Below, piece by piece: positions 18,170 through 27,859 of a stretch of 64,000 nucleotides of DNA (positions are counted from its first letter, which is position 1; the number at the start of each line of letters is the position of its first letter). A model generated the notes under the pieces. That model was not told the DNA's origin. It ran no database searches and saw only the letters and a list, made by a program, of their open reading frames with translations. Source of the stretch: an uncultured bacterium (GTDB lineage: Bacteria > Omnitrophota > Omnitrophia > Omnitrophales > Aquincolibacteriaceae); contig CAZEFF010000005.1 of assembly GCA_964511315.1 (NCBI GenBank), positions 159-64,158 of the forward strand, written 5' to 3'. The position numbers and the translations under genes are program-made.

Positions 18170-19867
18170 TTAAGCCATATCCATGACCTGATCCAGGGCG
18201 TGCCCGGCAGGAACCATGGGATAAACGTTGTCAGATTTTGCCACGATGATATGAACCATTACAGGGCCGTTATACGCGAGCGCTTCTTTAATTGCCGGCA
18301 CCACCTGTTTCTTCTCTGTGACGCGGATCGCTTTCACGTGAGCGGCTTCAGCCATTTTCGCGAAATCAGGATTGGAAGGCCCTAAAATCGAGGCGGAAAA
18401 ACGCTTATTATAAAAAAGCTCCTGCCACTGGCGGACCATTCCATGATGAGAATTGTCCATCAAGAACAATTTCACGGGAACTTTGTAATGCGCCGCTGTA
18501 ACAAGTTCGCACATGGTCATTTGGAAAGATCCGTCTCCGTCAAAACAAACGATCGTATCATTTGGGCGTCCCAAAGCCGCGCCGATCGCGGAAGGAAATC
18601 CAAAACCCATGGTACCTAAACCGCCGGAAGTAATCATTCCGCGCGGATGAGCGAAACCGTACCACTGCGCAGCCCACATTTGATGCTGACCCACACCCGT
18701 CGTTACGACCGCGTTATGATTTGTCAATTCACCCACTTTATCGATAACATATTCTTGGCGAATGACATTATCTGACTGGTCATATTTCATGGGATGTTTT
18801 TTCTTCCACGCTTCAATTTGCGCGAGCCATTCTTTCATCTGCGGCCGGACATCCTTGACCAGCTTATTTAATTCTTTCATGAGCGGCTTAATATCGCCAA
18901 CCACCGGGAAATCTACTTTCACAACTTTCGCGATGGAAGCCGGATCAATATCCAAGTGCACAATTTTCGCGTGAGGCGCGAACTTATCAATTTTACCGGT
19001 TACACGGTCATCGAAACGCGCACCGACCGCGATTAGCACATCTGAATTTTGAACGGAATAATTAGCGTAATGCGTGCCATGCATTCCGAGCATACGCAGC
19101 GAAGACGGATGCGTTTCCGGAAAAATCCCAAGCCCCAAAACGGTTGTGGTGATAGGAATTCCAGTTTTATCCACGAACTCCACAATTTCTTTATCCGCGC
19201 CGGAAACAACCGCGCCGCCGCCGACATAAAGCACCGGCCGCTTCGCGGAATTAATCGCTTCCGCGGCTTTTTTAATTTGTTCTTTCTGGACCGCCGCGTT
19301 GTACTCAATCGGCTGAGGATGATAACTGCGCATCGTCACTGTTTCAGGCCATTCAAACTCGGTTTGCGCGCGGCTGACGTCCACGGGAAAATCAATCAAA
19401 ACGGGTCCCGGACGGCCGGTTGACGCGATGTAAAAAGCTTCGCGGACAATGCGCGCGATATCCTTTACATCTTTAACAAGATAATTATGTTTTGTGACAG
19501 GACGCGTAATTCCGCAGACATCGGCTTCCTGGAAAGCATCCGAACCAATCGCGTGCGTCGCGACTTGCCCGGTAATGCAAACGATAGGAACCGAATCCAT
19601 GTAAGCGGTCGCGAGTCCCGTGACCGTATTCGTCGCGCCGGGGCCGGAAGTCACAAGGCAAACGCCTGGACGGCCGGTCGCGCGGGCATAACCATCGGCC
19701 ATATGCGTCGCGCCCTGCTCGTGACGGACGAGAACAAATTTTAATTGTTTTGAATCATAAATCGCGTCGAACGTTGGTAAAATCGCTCCGCCGGGAAGGC
19801 CAAAAACATAGTCCACGCCTTCCAATTCAAGAGCTTTGATCATAATTTGTGCGCCAGTAAGTTTCAT
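18170..19867 (-). CDS. ilvB: Acetolactate synthase large subunit (biosynthetic type)
   Basis: 565 aa; ThDP-enzyme three-domain layout; GDGSFQM ThDP motif; FAD-binding middle domain. Confidence 0.92.
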   Translation of the reverse strand: MKLTGAQIMIKALELEGVDYVFGLPGGAILPTFDAIYDSKQLKFVLVRHEQGATHMADGYARATGRPGVCLVTSGPGATNTVTGLATAYMDSVPIVCITGQVATHAIGSDAFQEADVCGITRPVTKHNYLVKDVKDIARIVREAFYIASTGRPGPVLIDFPVDVSRAQTEFEWPETVTMRSYHPQPIEYNAAVQKEQIKKAAEAINSAKRPVLYVGGGAVVSGADKEIVEFVDKTGIPITTTVLGLGIFPETHPSSLRMLGMHGTHYANYSVQNSDVLIAVGARFDDRVTGKIDKFAPHAKIVHLDIDPASIAKVVKVDFPVVGDIKPLMKELNKLVKDVRPQMKEWLAQIEAWKKKHPMKYDQSDNVIRQEYVIDKVGELTNHNAVVTTGVGQHQMWAAQWYGFAHPRGMITSGGLGTMGFGFPSAIGAALGRPNDTIVCFDGDGSFQMTMCELVTAAHYKVPVKLFLMDNSHHGMVRQWQELFYNKRFSASILGPSNPDFAKMAEAAHVKAIRVTEKKQVVPAIKEALAYNGPVMVHIIVAKSDNVYPMVPAGHALDQVMDMA

Positions 19868-19891
19868 AAATAAGACCTCAGGGGTTTAAGA

Positions 19892-20719
19892 TTATTTAAC
19901 GCTTGTAAAATCCTTGTACCAGGATTTAAATTTTTCTTTCATGTTCTTTTTACTTTCCCGCACAAGCCTGTGCCAACTTTCACTTTTTTCGTCCAGCCAA
20001 GTCAGCATGCGTTTCCGAAAGTCCATCAAAGTGTGATCGGTTTTCGCGTCCACTTTCTCAAAATACACCGGATATCCCTTTTGGGACATCCAAGCAGCCT
20101 TATCTTCAGCCGCTTTCATTGACTGCTCATCGGCAGACTGATGCATCGAGACGAAAAAAGGAATTTGATGGTTGGGAGAATTGTTTGTACGCAGGGCCTT
20201 TTCGAGGGGCCCTACCCACGAACCGTCAAGCAGTGCTACCCCCGAAAACTGATCGGGGTAATTCACTCCCAAATAAGCCGCGTAATGAGCGCCTTCTCTA
20301 TTACCAACAAGATAAATCCTGTCAGAGGCAACACGGTAACGCTTTAAAACCTCTTCCTTAACCCGAATCAGAAATTGATCCGCATTAAGGGGCACTTCCC
20401 GAACCGATGAAACATCAAGCTCAGTCGCCAGCAAAATCAAACTTTTCCTTTTCGCAAAGTTTGTCCATTCTTCCACGGACTTCTGGGCCGTTGCGGTTCC
20501 CCCAAGCAAAATCAGCATGGGATAATTCTGGGATGGCTGATACCCTTCCGGCACATACATAAAAACCGGATATTTAAAGGAGTTGATTTCCAAAAACCCT
20601 GTTGGGATCTGCGTTGGGTCCACAACCGTCACGGCGCGGGCAACGCCGATAAAAGCGAACCCTGCCAAGACCAAGGCAGCAATCATTTTTGAACTTTTCT
20701 TTATTAAATGTATTTTCAT
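19892..20719 (-). CDS. Secreted alpha/beta-hydrolase-fold (esterase/PHB-depolymerase-like) protein, possibly non-catalytic
   Basis: 275 aa; signal peptide (MIAALVLAGFAFIGVARA). Esterase-like fold, but the nucleophile-elbow position reads GNREG rather than GxSxG in my reading. Consensus sigma-70 promoter upstream; first gene ahead of ilvB (24-nt gap). Confidence 0.55.
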   Translation of the reverse strand: MKIHLIKKSSKMIAALVLAGFAFIGVARAVTVVDPTQIPTGFLEINSFKYPVFMYVPEGYQPSQNYPMLILLGGTATAQKSVEEWTNFAKRKSLILLATELDVSSVREVPLNADQFLIRVKEEVLKRYRVASDRIYLVGNREGAHYAAYLGVNYPDQFSGVALLDGSWVGPLEKALRTNNSPNHQIPFFVSMHQSADEQSMKAAEDKAAWMSQKGYPVYFEKVDAKTDHTLMDFRKRMLTWLDEKSESWHRLVRESKKNMKEKFKSWYKDFTSVK

Positions 20720-20817
20720 AGGATTAAAACGGTAAAAAAATTAGACAAAAACCCCTTTCGCACCGCAAAAAGTGATTTATGGGAATTGTCGTAAGTTACT
20801 GTAAAGACAAAGGTTAT

Positions 20818-20845
20818 ATTATAGCCACCCTCTTCGGGATGTCAA
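20818..20845 (-). promoter_or_regulatory. Near-consensus sigma-70 promoter (TTGACA-16 nt-TATAAT) for the esterase-like/ilv-leu transcription unit
   Basis: On the minus strand: TTGACA (20845-20840), 16-nt spacer, TATAAT (20823-20818). About 90-nt leader to the ATG at 20719. Confidence 0.6.
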
Positions 20846-20902
20846 CGAGTAGCTCTAACCTATTACTGCAATTGAAGATAGACAATTATTTGAAGGGGGG
20901 TT

Positions 20903-22915
20903 TTATTTGGATTTCTTACGCACGGGGATCTTTAAAATACTTTCTTTAAGGCCTTCTTTGTCTTCTATTTTGCGGATTTCATCACGATACCTGGCGGCTT
21001 TATCAAATTCGAGCGCGTAAGCGGCCTGCTCCATCCTCTTTTTCAGAAAAGTCAGGTAACTTTTAGTCTCGTATTCTTTTTGAGACTCCCCAACCACCTC
21101 CGATACAAATTCTTCGGCAGCCCGGTATTTTTCAATCCCTTCTTTAATTTCTTTTTCGATCGAGGCGGGTTTTATACCGTGCTCCTGATTGTAGGCCAGC
21201 TGGATTTTACGGCGGCGCAATGTTTCATTGATCGCCTTTTTCATCGAATCTGTCATCTTATCGGCATACATAATGACTTTTCCGTTGATATTGCGCGCGG
21301 CACGACCCGCGATTTGAATCAGCGAAACATCGCTTCGGAGAAAACCTTCCTTGTCCGCGTCAAGAATCGCGATGAGAGACACCTCGGGCAAATCAAGGCC
21401 TTCACGCAATAAATTCACACCGATCAGACAGTCATATTTCGCGAGACGAAGATCACGCAGGATTTCGACACGTTCAAAAGCGTCAAACTCGGAATGCAAA
21501 TAATGCACTTTGATTCCAACTTCTTTTAAATAACGGCTGAGGTCTTCCGACATTTTTTTTGTAAGCGCGGTAATCAGCACCCGCTCCTTTTTTTTTGCGC
21601 GGATTTTTATTTCAGAAATCAAATCGTCAATTTGATATTTCGTTTTACGAACTTCAATCTCCGGGTCAATCAATCCTGTCGGACGGATAATCTGTTCGGC
21701 CACCGCTTCCGCGCGGGCCATTTCATAAGGACCGGGCGTCGCTGAAACATAAAGCATCTGCTTCACCTTGCTTTCAAATTCGGGAAATTTCAAAGGCCGG
21801 TTATCCATCGCCGAGGGAAGGCGGAATCCATAATCGACTAAAACTTTTTTCCGCGACTGATCGCCGTTATACATTCCGCGTATCTGAGGAACGCTTTGGT
21901 GTGACTCGTCAATAATCGTAATAAAATCATTTTGAAAATAATCAAGAAGCGTGTAAGGCGTTGAACCCGGCTCCCGTCCAGCCAAATGACGCGAATAATT
22001 TTCAACCCCCGAACAGAACCCTACCTCTTTAAGCATTTCTAAATCGTAACGCGTCCGTGATTCGAGTCTTTTCGCTTCTAAATCTTTTCCGTCACGGATG
22101 AGTTCCCTTACCCGCTCCGTGAGTTCTTTTTGAATTCCTTCGATCGCGCCTTTCATCCGGTCGGTGGGCGTCACAAAATGTTTGGCGGGATAAAGCACAA
22201 GCTGATCAAGTTCTTTAAGCGGCTGGAACTGAATGCGGTCAAGAAAACTGATGCGCGCAATAACCTCATCGCCAAATTCAATCCGGTGAGGATTTTCTCC
22301 GTAAGAGGGAAACACATCCACAAATTGTCCGCGTACGCGGAATGTTCCGCGCTTTAGCTCAACATCATTACGCGCATATTGAATGGCGACAAGTTCAGAA
22401 ATAAATTGATCGCGGTCAGCCGCCTGGCCTTTCGCGGCGCGCACAACCATGCCCTGCCAATCTTCCGGCGCGCCCAAACCATAAATGCAGGAAACGCTAG
22501 AAACAATAATGCAGTCTCGACGGGACAAAACAGAACTTGTCGCGGAAAGTCTCAAGCGGTCCAAATCATCATTGATCGACGCGTCTTTTTCTATATAGGT
22601 ATCAGAATGCGCGATATACGCTTCGGGCTGGTAATAATCATAATAAGAAACGAAATATTCCACAGCATTTTCAGGAAAAAATTCTTTAAACTCTGAATAA
22701 AGCTGAGCCGCCAAAGTTTTATTATGAGAAATAATCAGCGCGGGCTTTTCAAGCTGCGCGATCACATGCGCCATCGTAAAGGTTTTTCCGGAACCCGTGA
22801 CGCCAAGCAAAACCTGTTCTCGCTTTCCCGAACGGAAACCGTCGACAAGTTTAGCAATCGCCTGGGGCTGATCACCTTTGGGCTTAAGCCTTGGACTTAA
22901 TTGATAGAGGCTCAT
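20903..22915 (-). CDS. uvrB: Excinuclease ABC subunit B UvrB
   Basis: 670 aa; helicase motifs (GVTGSGKTF), beta-hairpin, C-terminal UVR domain; start overlaps the nadC stop (ATGA). Confidence 0.95.
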   Translation of the reverse strand: MSLYQLSPRLKPKGDQPQAIAKLVDGFRSGKREQVLLGVTGSGKTFTMAHVIAQLEKPALIISHNKTLAAQLYSEFKEFFPENAVEYFVSYYDYYQPEAYIAHSDTYIEKDASINDDLDRLRLSATSSVLSRRDCIIVSSVSCIYGLGAPEDWQGMVVRAAKGQAADRDQFISELVAIQYARNDVELKRGTFRVRGQFVDVFPSYGENPHRIEFGDEVIARISFLDRIQFQPLKELDQLVLYPAKHFVTPTDRMKGAIEGIQKELTERVRELIRDGKDLEAKRLESRTRYDLEMLKEVGFCSGVENYSRHLAGREPGSTPYTLLDYFQNDFITIIDESHQSVPQIRGMYNGDQSRKKVLVDYGFRLPSAMDNRPLKFPEFESKVKQMLYVSATPGPYEMARAEAVAEQIIRPTGLIDPEIEVRKTKYQIDDLISEIKIRAKKKERVLITALTKKMSEDLSRYLKEVGIKVHYLHSEFDAFERVEILRDLRLAKYDCLIGVNLLREGLDLPEVSLIAILDADKEGFLRSDVSLIQIAGRAARNINGKVIMYADKMTDSMKKAINETLRRRKIQLAYNQEHGIKPASIEKEIKEGIEKYRAAEEFVSEVVGESQKEYETKSYLTFLKKRMEQAAYALEFDKAARYRDEIRKIEDKEGLKESILKIPVRKKSK

Positions 22916-23736
22916 TTCGAGTTTTGAATAAGAAGAGAAAAATCAACCGAGCGGACTGAATGCGTTAAGCTGCCAATAGAGACTTGGTCTATTCCCGAGC
23001 GCGCGTACGCCCTGACATTTGAAAGGCTAATTCCCCCGGAAGCTTCAAGCAGTGCCCTTGTCTTTTTTTTGCGGGCATGCCGAATGAGCGGCTTTAACCG
23101 CCCGGGTGTAAAATTATCAAAAAGAATCACGCGCGGATTCAGCGCAATTGCCTGATCAAGCTCTCTTTGGTTGCGCACTTCGATCACGAAACGTCCCGCG
23201 TATTTTTTAAGCGCGGATAATCTTCCGTAAATTCTATGATTTTCTTTCACGAAGATTTCATCCCATAGGCCCATTCGATGACTCGACCCGCCGCCCATTT
23301 TGACCGCGTACTTTTCAAGCTCCCGCATTCCAGGAGTTGTTTTACGCGTATCTAAAATTTTAATTTGCTTCCCCGTTTTCTTAACAAAAGAAGCCGTGAG
23401 TGTTGAAATTCCGGAAAGATGCCCAAGAAAATTCAGCAGGGTCCGCTCTGCCGCGAGAATCGCGCGGATAGACCCTTTCAGCATCAAAATTTTCTGATTC
23501 CGCCTAAATACCTGGCCGTCTTTTAAAAGAACTTTGATTTTTAGCGCAGGCTTAAAATGAGCGGCTATTTTCTTGGCCGCCGGACTTCCGCAAAAAACAC
23601 CCGCTTCGCGCGCGATAATCACCGCGGAACCTTTTGCTGTATTCGGGACAAGCCGATTGGAAGTAATATCGCCTTTACCGATATCTTCATTTAAAGCGAG
23701 ACGAATCAGTTGATTTGACGCTGAAGATAATTTCAA
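22912..23736 (-). CDS. nadC: Nicotinate-nucleotide pyrophosphorylase (quinolinate phosphoribosyltransferase) NadC
   Basis: [12 protein letters not shown] motif and QPRTase fold. The longest ORF starts at 23814 but would overlap the upstream gene by 77 nt, so the more likely start is TTG at 23736 just after the upstream TAA (MKLSSASNQ...). Confidence 0.8.
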   Translation of the reverse strand: MKLSSASNQLIRLALNEDIGKGDITSNRLVPNTAKGSAVIIAREAGVFCGSPAAKKIAAHFKPALKIKVLLKDGQVFRRNQKILMLKGSIRAILAAERTLLNFLGHLSGISTLTASFVKKTGKQIKILDTRKTTPGMRELEKYAVKMGGGSSHRMGLWDEIFVKENHRIYGRLSALKKYAGRFVIEVRNQRELDQAIALNPRVILFDNFTPGRLKPLIRHARKKKTRALLEASGGISLSNVRAYARSGIDQVSIGSLTHSVRSVDFSLLIQNSK

Positions 23737-23737
23737 T

Positions 23738-24088
23738 TTAAAGGATTTCCTTAATGCGCTCAGCCGGCCGGGCCAAAATGGCTTTTTCGCCCTTTTCAAC
23801 AATCGGACGCTCAATTAAATCAGGATGTTTTGCCATGAGTTCAATCAGTTTTTCTTCCGGCAGTTCCTTTTTATTCAGCTCAAGCTCTTTATAAATTTCT
23901 TCTTTTTTTCTCAAAAGCTGGGCCGCGGAAATTCCCATCTTTTTAAGGAGTTCTCTGAGTTTTGTTTTTGAAATCGGGTCCACGTAATAATTGACCGAAT
24001 CAAAATCAACGCCCTTTTCCTTTAGGACCGAATAAACCTGGCGGCAGGTGGTACAGGTAGGTTTCTGATAAATCGTAATTTTAGCCAT
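23738..24088 (-). CDS. ArsC/Spx/YffB-family thioredoxin-fold protein (CxxC)
   Basis: 116 aa; N-terminal ITIYQKPTCTTCRQ with a CTTC redox motif, typical of the ArsC/Spx family. Confidence 0.7.
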   Translation of the reverse strand: MAKITIYQKPTCTTCRQVYSVLKEKGVDFDSVNYYVDPISKTKLRELLKKMGISAAQLLRKKEEIYKELELNKKELPEEKLIELMAKHPDLIERPIVEKGEKAILARPAERIKEIL

Positions 24089-24199
24089 ATTTCTCCTCCA
24101 TCAAGAGGCCCATCTTATCAGAAAGCCGAAGGTGTTTCCAATCCCTCCCCAAGCTCTCAATAGGATTGAATACCGTCCCTCCACGCACGTCTTAAAGCT

Positions 24200-25114
24200 A
24201 TGTTTACCCAAGCCTTGAGATTGCCAATTCAGGAGTTTCAGCTTAAGATGGATTTTCATATGAAAGCCCTCAAGACCTTACTGATTCTAACTATTGTGCT
24301 CATACTTCTTTTTTTGGGGGCACTTCTTCTGCGTCAAACCGAATACCATCAAGCCGTTTTTCAGCGTTTAACCATCTCTGCGGTAAATCAAAATACTCAA
24401 AAACTTTTCTCAGGCTCCGCGCGCATCGACCGCATTTGGATGAGCCGGGATCTTAGAATTCATGGAATGGGATTTCACGCGCTGCTCAATTCGGACCAAG
24501 GCCCTGTCGCGATTGAAGTAGGATCTTTTGAATCCACGGCTCCCTTTTACCATTATTTTTTGCAACAAGGCCTGGAATTCACTTTTAACGGAGCCAAACC
24601 AAGCGCCTCGGAGGGGTTGGGATTTACAGGCACTCTCCGCGCGGGAAACCGCCCAAAACCCTTCCTCCATTTAAAAACTCATTTGGAGGGAGTTGATTTT
24701 AAAGATGTGACTTGGGTAAATGCCGATAATTTGTCAGGAGCCACCGGTCAGCTCAAAGGAGAAATTGAATACCGGGTGGATGATAACCGGCCTTTCTTTA
24801 AAGGGACCTTGAATGTTGCCGAACCCGGCGGAAAAATCCAGGCCCGTTTTTTTGATCTCTTCACACCTTATCTGCCGAAGTCTCAAGTAAAAAGCGCCGT
24901 CAAAAAAATTGCCGCGGAAAAGGGCCTGGTTACCTATCAAACGGCCTCCGCCGAGGTGAGCCTGCTCACCCCGACCGAATTAAAAGTACTTCTGCATATA
25001 CTGATTCCGGTTTATAATTTGGCTCTCAATTTAAACATAACCATCCGGCTTGATGACGAAAATGCATTTGCAAAAATCGCACAAATTGCTGGAGTGATTA
25101 AGGTTACAGCATGA
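24200..25114 (+). CDS. YdbH-domain (AsmA-like C-terminal domain) membrane-anchored protein. The true start is probably ATG at 24248 or 24260.
   Basis: N-terminal TM anchor (MKALKTLLILTIVLILLFLGALLL) then a about 270 aa periplasmic domain. Assigned by synteny with ynbE and ydbL homologues immediately downstream (E. coli ydbH-ynbE-ydbL). Confidence 0.55.
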   Translation: MFTQALRLPIQEFQLKMDFHMKALKTLLILTIVLILLFLGALLLRQTEYHQAVFQRLTISAVNQNTQKLFSGSARIDRIWMSRDLRIHGMGFHALLNSDQGPVAIEVGSFESTAPFYHYFLQQGLEFTFNGAKPSASEGLGFTGTLRAGNRPKPFLHLKTHLEGVDFKDVTWVNADNLSGATGQLKGEIEYRVDDNRPFFKGTLNVAEPGGKIQARFFDLFTPYLPKSQVKSAVKKIAAEKGLVTYQTASAEVSLLTPTELKVLLHILIPVYNLALNLNITIRLDDENAFAKIAQIAGVIKVTA

Positions 25115-25293
25115 ACGGCATTAAAACTTTTTCCGGACTCATTCTTTCTTTGATTATTTTGGCCGGCTGCACCGTCAAAGCTGTAGGCGATCCTAACCGT
25201 CCTATTACCATTAATGCCAATGTCGTGGTGGATGTCCGAGGGTTAAAGAACACCGCCAATTCGATTGAAGATATGGTCGCTAAAGGAGCTTAA
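25111..25293 (+). CDS. YnbE-family small lipoprotein
   Basis: 60 aa; lipobox LAGC; RPITINANVVVDVRGL resembles E. coli YnbE (PITINMNVKIEHEI); start overlaps the upstream stop (ATGA). Confidence 0.7.
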   Translation: MNGIKTFSGLILSLIILAGCTVKAVGDPNRPITINANVVVDVRGLKNTANSIEDMVAKGA

Positions 25294-25294
25294 T

Positions 25295-25702
25295 ATGAAG
25301 AAAATCGCTTTTATCCTAGCCGCTTTCTTAGTCCTTGGGAGCTCATCTTTTCTTTTTGCCGCGCAAAATTATGACATCAAAGAAATGACCCCGGAAATTA
25401 AACAAGCTTTTGCGGGCCGCCAAAACCGCTACAGAGAACTGCAGGCGCTCAAAAGTGCGGGCTCTGTCGGAGAAGATAACCAAGGCGATGTAAAAGCCTT
25501 GAAAAATTCTCCTGACATTGCCGATATTGTTTCTCAAGAAAATAATGATCGGCTTATTATTTATCAGGCAATCGTCAATCAACATCAGCTAGGCCCGTCT
25601 GGAATGACCCAAGTCCGGGCGGCATTCGCTGAAATTCAGCGGAGCCGGGCAAAACCGAACGATCCCATTCAGGATAATTCGGGTCAATGGGTCAAAAAAT
25701 AA
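25295..25702 (+). CDS. YdbL-family (DUF1318) periplasmic protein
   Basis: ATG 1 nt after the ynbE TAA with an AAAGGAG RBS; signal peptide MKKIAFILAAFLVLGSSSFLFA; size and position match YdbL. The ORF-track start at 25265 is probably too far upstream. Confidence 0.6.
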   Translation: MKKIAFILAAFLVLGSSSFLFAAQNYDIKEMTPEIKQAFAGRQNRYRELQALKSAGSVGEDNQGDVKALKNSPDIADIVSQENNDRLIIYQAIVNQHQLGPSGMTQVRAAFAEIQRSRAKPNDPIQDNSGQWVKK

Positions 25703-25716
25703 AACTCGGAGGAAAC

Positions 25717-26376
25717 ATGAAAAAAAGTAACTGGTTTGTTTTTTTAATTCTTAGCTGCCTTGCAGTGCTTCCGGCGGGCAAAACGGCTTTTGCCTTTTCC
25801 GCTAAATTTGATCAGCACGTGAGCATCGGCGAAGAAGAAGTCGCGAAATTCGGCGTTTCTGTGAAAGATAAGAAAGTCCGCGCCGAATCAAATTTCGGCA
25901 ATATCACCGCGCTTATGATCCGTAACGATAAAGGCGCTTTCAGCTATATCCCCGCTCAAAAAACAGCCACCAAAATTCCTTCGCAGCTTCAGCAGCGCAA
26001 TGTGACGGATGATTTGCCCGATTTCAAAGGCTTTTTGGAATCCAGCAACGGGAAAAAAGTCGGCTCAGAAACTTTTGCGGGTGATCCTTGCGATATCTAT
26101 GAATTTAAAGACCCTGTGAACAAGGAAAATTCCAAAGCATGGCTTTCCACAAAGAAAAATTTTCCCTTAAAAATTGAGATTAAAACACCCCAGGGAATTA
26201 CCAAAATCGAATTCAAGAACATTGAAGTGGGAATTAATCTTGAAGACAGTCTCTTTGAAATTCCAGCCGATGTAAAAATTATTGATCTTGGGGCTCCCGG
26301 AACAAAGCCTCCGGTCGTTGAAGATTCAGTCCCTCAAGACATGCCTAAAAAAGAGGCGGCAGGGCAGAAGAAGTAA
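25717..26376 (+). CDS. Hypothetical secreted protein (signal peptide; possibly LolA-like/DUF4412 beta-fold)
   Basis: GGAGG RBS then ATG at 25717 (MKKSNWFVFLILSCLAVLPAGKTAFA); Lys-rich soluble domain; last gene of the plus-strand module. Confidence 0.55.
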   Translation: MKKSNWFVFLILSCLAVLPAGKTAFAFSAKFDQHVSIGEEEVAKFGVSVKDKKVRAESNFGNITALMIRNDKGAFSYIPAQKTATKIPSQLQQRNVTDDLPDFKGFLESSNGKKVGSETFAGDPCDIYEFKDPVNKENSKAWLSTKKNFPLKIEIKTPQGITKIEFKNIEVGINLEDSLFEIPADVKIIDLGAPGTKPPVVEDSVPQDMPKKEAAGQKK

Positions 26377-26380
26377 GCAG

Positions 26381-26581
26381 TTATCCGCGGGGCGAAGGAA
26401 CTTTCCCGCTCAAATCAAACCCCATCCGTTTGACGGCTTTAACCATACGGTTAAACGCCTCAACGGGTGTGCGGCCTTCCGTAAGATTATTCAGACAAAG
26501 CGCGGCATATCCCCGGCGGTTTTTAATTTTGAAGATTAAAGCTTTTTTTGCGGGCAGTTTGCGCAGCGGTTTCTTAGCCAT
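26381..26581 (-). CDS. Hypothetical small basic protein (66 aa)
   Basis: Perfect AGGAGG SD 5 nt upstream of the ATG at 26581, directly after the receiver-domain gene stop. Sequence MAKKPLRKLPAKKALIFKIKNRRG...; no family recognised. Confidence 0.5.
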   Translation of the reverse strand: MAKKPLRKLPAKKALIFKIKNRRGYAALCLNNLTEGRTPVEAFNRMVKAVKRMGFDLSGKVPSPRG

Positions 26582-26598
26582 AAATCCCTCCTAATCAG

Positions 26599-26991
26599 TT
26601 AAAAGCGGCCTTCACTAATTGCTAGTGTTTTTTCGACTTCATTGAGAAGTTTCTTAAGATCATAAGGCTTGGTGATGTACTTGTCGGCAAAATGGCTGAT
26701 CCCCTCTTCGATGTCTTTTTCATCTGATTTCGCGGTAACCATAATGACGGGAATATACATCGTCAGCTTTTCTTTTTTGAGTTTCTCAAGAGCTTGAAAC
26801 CCATTCATCCTTGGCATCATGACATCCATGAGAATGAGATTCGGAATACTTTTTTTAGCAGCTTCAAGAGCCATCTTGCCGTCATTGGCGATTAAGGTCT
26901 GATAACCTTCCTGTTTTAACAGAGTCGAAAGCACATCGCATAAATCCGGCTCATCATCCACAATCAGAATTTTTTTGGCAGACTTATCCAT
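26599..26991 (-). CDS. Single-domain response regulator (CheY-like receiver, no output domain)
   Basis: KKILIVDDEPDL...LILMDVMMPRMNGF...VIMVTAKSD: phospho-acceptor Asp, T and K residues present. Likely start MDKSAKK at 26991 (the longer ORF to 27060 would overlap the SDR gene). Confidence 0.8.
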   Translation of the reverse strand: MDKSAKKILIVDDEPDLCDVLSTLLKQEGYQTLIANDGKMALEAAKKSIPNLILMDVMMPRMNGFQALEKLKKEKLTMYIPVIMVTAKSDEKDIEEGISHFADKYITKPYDLKKLLNEVEKTLAISEGRF

Positions 26992-27011
26992 AAGAACTCC
27001 CTCAGTTAAAA

Positions 27012-27809
27012 TTATTTTTTCGCCTTTTGAAGCAAGCGCACAATCTTTACAGTAACCCAAGCAGGTGAAATTTTAGCGCCCCAAACCATCATCAGGTTCA
27101 ACCAGCCCGGAACAACCACCGCGCGGCCGCGCATAAGCCCTTCGTAACCTTTTCGAGCGACAAAATCCGCGGCTGTCACCAGCCCGCCAAAATTAAAAAG
27201 AGGAATTTTCCCGATATCAGCCCGTTTTTGAAAACCGGACGCTGTCGGGCCCGGACAAAGAACCGTAACAGAAATCCCCGTTCCGCTCAGTTCTTCTCTG
27301 AGCGCTCTTGAGAAAGATAGCACATACGCCTTCGTTGCATAATATACGGCCATAATCGGGCCCGGCTGAAATGCCGCAGTCGAGGCAACATTGAGAACCC
27401 TGCCTTTTTTCCGTCCAGCCATATCTTTTAGAAATAGCTTGGTCAAATGGGTCAAGGCCGCCGCATTCACCTGGATCATTTCAAGCTCATGATCTAAGTC
27501 CGTTTCGGTAAACTTTCCGTAACTTCCAAAGCCCGCGTTGTTGACCAGGATTTCAACCGGGGTCTGACGGTCTTTAAGTTCACGGTATATTTCTTCCGGC
27601 GAAAGCGGATGAGAGAGGTCTTTTGTAATGACTTCGACCGGCACATTGTATTTTTTTTCAAATTCGCGGCGGATGGATTCCAACTGATCATGACTTCGCG
27701 CGGTTAAAACCAGCGGGTGGCCATGCTCGGCAAAAACCCTGGCGAGTTCATAGCCAATACCATAGCTTGCTCCGGTAATCAGAACTGTCTCAGGAAGTGA
27801 ATTATTCAT
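27012..27809 (-). CDS. Short-chain dehydrogenase/reductase (SDR) family oxidoreductase
   Basis: 265 aa; TGASYGIGYELA cofactor motif, NNAG, and YxxxK catalytic motif (YYATKAYV). Confidence 0.85.
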   Translation of the reverse strand: MNNSLPETVLITGASYGIGYELARVFAEHGHPLVLTARSHDQLESIRREFEKKYNVPVEVITKDLSHPLSPEEIYRELKDRQTPVEILVNNAGFGSYGKFTETDLDHELEMIQVNAAALTHLTKLFLKDMAGRKKGRVLNVASTAAFQPGPIMAVYYATKAYVLSFSRALREELSGTGISVTVLCPGPTASGFQKRADIGKIPLFNFGGLVTAADFVARKGYEGLMRGRAVVVPGWLNLMMVWGAKISPAWVTVKIVRLLQKAKK

Positions 27810-27859
27810 AAATGCCTTTTAAGTAAGGACCTCGCCGTTTATCGGCATAAATGTGTTTC

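Noticed and set aside
20720-20902. Possible small RNA or tRNA in the 183-nt uvrB-esterase intergenic region
   Set aside because: The sequence is explained by a consensus sigma-70 promoter plus a about 90-nt mRNA leader. There is no cloverleaf-compatible pairing and no strong terminator.
23737-23814. Longest-ORF N-terminal extension of nadC (start at 23814)
   Set aside because: It would overlap the upstream ArsC/Spx-like gene by 77 nt in another frame. A TTG at 23736 directly after the upstream stop gives a typical NadC N-terminus.
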